Under the pieces are notes generated by a model. It was not told where the DNA came from and made no database searches. It worked only from the letters and a program-made list of their open reading frames with translations. A stretch of 64,000 bases of DNA, from assembly GCF_030144855.1 (NCBI RefSeq), contig NC_082712.1, positions 27,156,001 through 27,220,000 on the forward strand, given 5' to 3'. Shown here in pieces: positions 61,530-64,000 of this stretch; the stretch's first letter is position 1, and every line of letters begins with the position of its first letter. The stretch is from Hypanus sabinus (Eukaryota). A program made the position numbers and the translations under genes.

Positions 61530-61975
61530 GTAGGATCAGAGCAAGGTAGGACCAGATGTAAACCACCGGCCCATCAAGTATGACTACGGGTGATAGAGCT
61601 GGGCTCAACTCATCTTCTGGGCCAGTTCCTCATTACTCTTACCTCTTATGTCAATTAAATGTTAACCTATCTCCACCTTAAATCTAATGATTGTGAATTC
61701 ACTTGCTTTGCAAGCAGACAATTCCAGAGATTCAGTACTCTCTGAGAGCATGCACTTAAGTGAAAGGGAGGAAAGTTCAAAGGCAAGATTTTTCCACAGA
61801 GAGTGGTGGATGCCTGCAACACACAGCCAGAGGTGGTAGAATGGATAAATATAATAGAGGCATTTAAGGGGATTTTAGTTAGCCACATGGTTATTCAAAG
61901 AATGTAAGGATATGGGCGTTGTGTAGACAGAAGGAATTAGTTTAGCTAGGCATTTAATTAGTAGTATAATCATTT
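61530..61975. mobile_element. Two CR1 3' ends in opposite orientation (minus 61530-61745, plus 61745-61975)
   Basis: QRVLNLWNCL on minus and FPQRVVDACNTQPE on plus. Confidence 0.7.
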
Positions 61976-62189
61976 GAGCTGAGTATGATGTTCTCCCAGT
62001 GGGTTATTCTGTTAAAGGAGAACGTTTGTGCATGACTTTGCTCAATGTGAGCAGGCTGATGTACAGGCAGCTACCACACAGTCCTTGATAGATTGGGGTC
62101 AGGATCCAGTGGCATAGCAACCAAGATGACTGGGGACCCTTCACTGCTGCTGCCTTCTTCTGTCCATTCCGCCATTGTGATGTGTGATC

Positions 62190-62355
62190 ATCTTCCACCA
62201 ACTCCACCGTTGATGTCTTGGCTGAATCACACTTGGTCTAGAACCATACTGCCATGAGTGACCCTACTAGGAGCTAAGGTCCAGAAGGCATTGCTTTCAA
62301 TTTCTTAAGAACTCACAATCCTTTCCATCACAACAAAGTGATGATCCTTGGAGAA
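62190..62355 (-). mobile_element. Possible RTE-clade LINE 5' region relic
   Basis: GTGACCCTACTAGGAGC...CCATCACAACAAAGTGATGATCCTTGGAG resembles recalled RTE 5' ends. Weak match. Confidence 0.35.
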
Positions 62356-62374
62356 TCCATTTAGCTGCTAGTAT

Positions 62375-62680
62375 AATACACACAAAATGCTGGAGGAACT
62401 CAGCAGGTCTGTCAGCATTTATGGAAATGGATAAACAATCAATGTTTCGGGCTGAGAGCCTTAAGTAGGACAAATAGGACAAAGGGGGTAGATGCCAGAA
62501 TAAAAAGCTGGGGGGGGGGAAATATGTGGGAAAGGCAATAGGCTGGATAAGAAGGAATCTGATAGGAGAGGAGAGTGAACCACAAAAGAAAGAGATGGAG
62601 GAGGAGGTGATTGACATGATGAAGATAAAAGTTGAGGCCAGAGTCGGGCATAGAAGAAGGGGTAATTGGGAGGGGAGAAA
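62375..62680 (-). mobile_element. Penelope-derived 3' fragment
   Basis: ACACACAAAATGCTGGAGGAACTCAGCAGG..ATGTTTCGGGCTGAGAGCCTT followed by a purine tract. Confidence 0.8.
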
Positions 62681-62689
62681 CTGAGAGCT

Positions 62690-63068
62690 GTAGACTCAGC
62701 CAGCTCCATCATGGGACCCAGCAATTGCAACATAGTTGACATTATCAAAGGGGAGTGCTAAAGAAAGCGGCATCCATGAAAAAGGACCTCCACCATCCAG
62801 GACGTGCCCTCTTCTCATTAATACCATCAGAGATGAGGTACAGTGCTCAAAGAAGCACCGTCCTTGCTCTAAGAACAGCTTCTTCCAGCATCATATGTCT
62901 AAACAGTCCATGAAACCATGAATACTACTTCACTACTACCTTCTTTTGCACTACTAATTTTATTTCTTATTGTAACATAGTAATCCTTATGTCTTGCACT
63001 GTACTGCAGACATACCACATCAACTTTCACAGCAGAAGTCAATGATAATAATGCAGGCCTGATTCTGA

Positions 63069-63108
<40 letters not shown>

Positions 63109-63215
63109 TCATTTATTTTTTTCTCTTTTATATTAAGTATTGCATTGAACTGCTGCTACTAAGTTAACAAATGTCACGTCACATGCCGGTGATAATAAAC
63201 CTGATTCTGATTCTG
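62690..63215 (+). mobile_element. Rex1/Babar 3' fragment plus second tail
   Basis: KKAASMKKDLHHPGRALFSLIPS-like coding. Tails CCTGATTCTGATT at ~63070 and ~63210. Confidence 0.75.
63074..63109. repeat. (TTA)n microsatellite
   Basis: Read directly from the sequence. Confidence 0.9.
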
Positions 63216-63639
63216 ACAGTAATTGATTGCTAAGAATATTCAGTAATCTGTACTATCGGTGCAGTTTTTTAAAAAAATCATCATGTGATCAAGTGAACTT
63301 AGTCTCACCTGCTCCCAGTGATTTTTAAATAAGGACTAGAACATGTACTTCATTTGTCAAATGTGAAATAAAGTTCAAGGTTTTGTAATTTTATTATGAT
63401 GAAGGTAGCACAGAGATTTTTCTTGTATAAATATTAATTTCCTATTAGCCATAATAGTGTGTGTCCTCATTATCCTTCTTAATATGCAAGAGATGGTATA
63501 TTTCAATTTCATGATAAAGGTGTAATTTAGAGGAATAATTTTTTTTTAACACTCATTTGCAATGGCTGAAGCACGGACTGTACACAAGCATATGGTTGAT
63601 AATATGCCTTTATTGGTCAGTCATATGACTAAGGAGTGA

Positions 63640-64000
63640 CACAAAGTTTGGTGGTGTTATGACTAGTGTAGAAACTTAGTGTAGAAACAGGACATTGATA
63701 GAATGCAGAGCTGGGCTGAGAAGTGGCAGATTGAGTTCAACTCAGAAAGTTGTGAAGTTATTTAGTTGTTGTTACTTAGAAAGTTGTGAAGGTTAAGCTT
63801 GGAGGCAGAATATTGGGTTATTGGCAGGAGTATTAGCTTTGTGGAGGAACAGAGGGGTCTTGAGATCCACAACCATAGATTGTTAAAAGTTGCTTTGCAA
63901 GTTGTAGGATAGTTAAGAAGGTGTATAGTGTGTGGCCTTCATTAGATAGGGGACTAATGTTGCAGCTCTATAAAACTCTGATAAGACCACACTTGGATTA
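63640..64000 (+). mobile_element. CR1 RT C-terminal fragment (runs off the window)
   Basis: DTKFGGV, SWAEKWQIEFNSE and LYKTLIRPHL coding. Homologous to 11960-12645. Confidence 0.8.

Noticed and set aside
62190-62355. HDV-like ribozyme in a putative RTE 5' end
   Set aside because: Such ribozymes are known from RTE elements, but I could not build the nested double pseudoknot from this degenerate sequence.
1-64000. Host protein-coding gene or prokaryote-type system (operon, CRISPR, defence island)
   Set aside because: No long non-TE ORF, no regularly spaced repeat-spacer array, and no multi-exon chain with a recognisable product. All interpretable ORFs are TE fragments.

Overview
AT-rich, CpG-depleted vertebrate genomic DNA. 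The repeat families (HE1/V-type SINEs, CR1 and Rex1/Babar LINEs, Deu-type SINE relics) point by inference to a cartilaginous fish, probably a ray or skate. No host protein-coding gene is recognisable, and almost every meaningful ORF in the track is a retrotransposon fragment, so this is probably a large intron or intergenic region. The window is a nested mosaic of CR1 LINEs (one young subfamily with a 245-codon open 3' ORF), Rex1/Babar LINEs and their non-autonomous tail-sharing derivatives, tRNA-derived SINEs, a decayed ~5.9 kb Gypsy LTR retrotransposon (54781-~60645) holding three younger insertions, and small DNA-transposon MITEs (Tc1/mariner-like, hAT-like, PIF/Harbinger-like). The most striking signals are: (i) a family of Penelope-like (GIY-YIG) elements and very short derivatives, with 6-13 bp target-site duplications, carrying a minimal loop-less type I hammerhead ribozyme motif (CTGATGA-A-GGGTCTCGGCCC-GAAACGTY); (ii) an ~860 bp Penelope copy with ~280 bp inverted arms that puts one hammerhead on each strand; (iii) a canonical Tc1/mariner excision footprint (TACTGTA) in the Gypsy 5' LTR at the position where the 3' LTR still carries a 71 bp palindromic MITE. 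Several repeat-free islands may be conserved non-coding elements or isolated exons. Family assignments come from motif recognition by eye, not database searches, and boundaries of decayed repeats are approximate (tens of bp).
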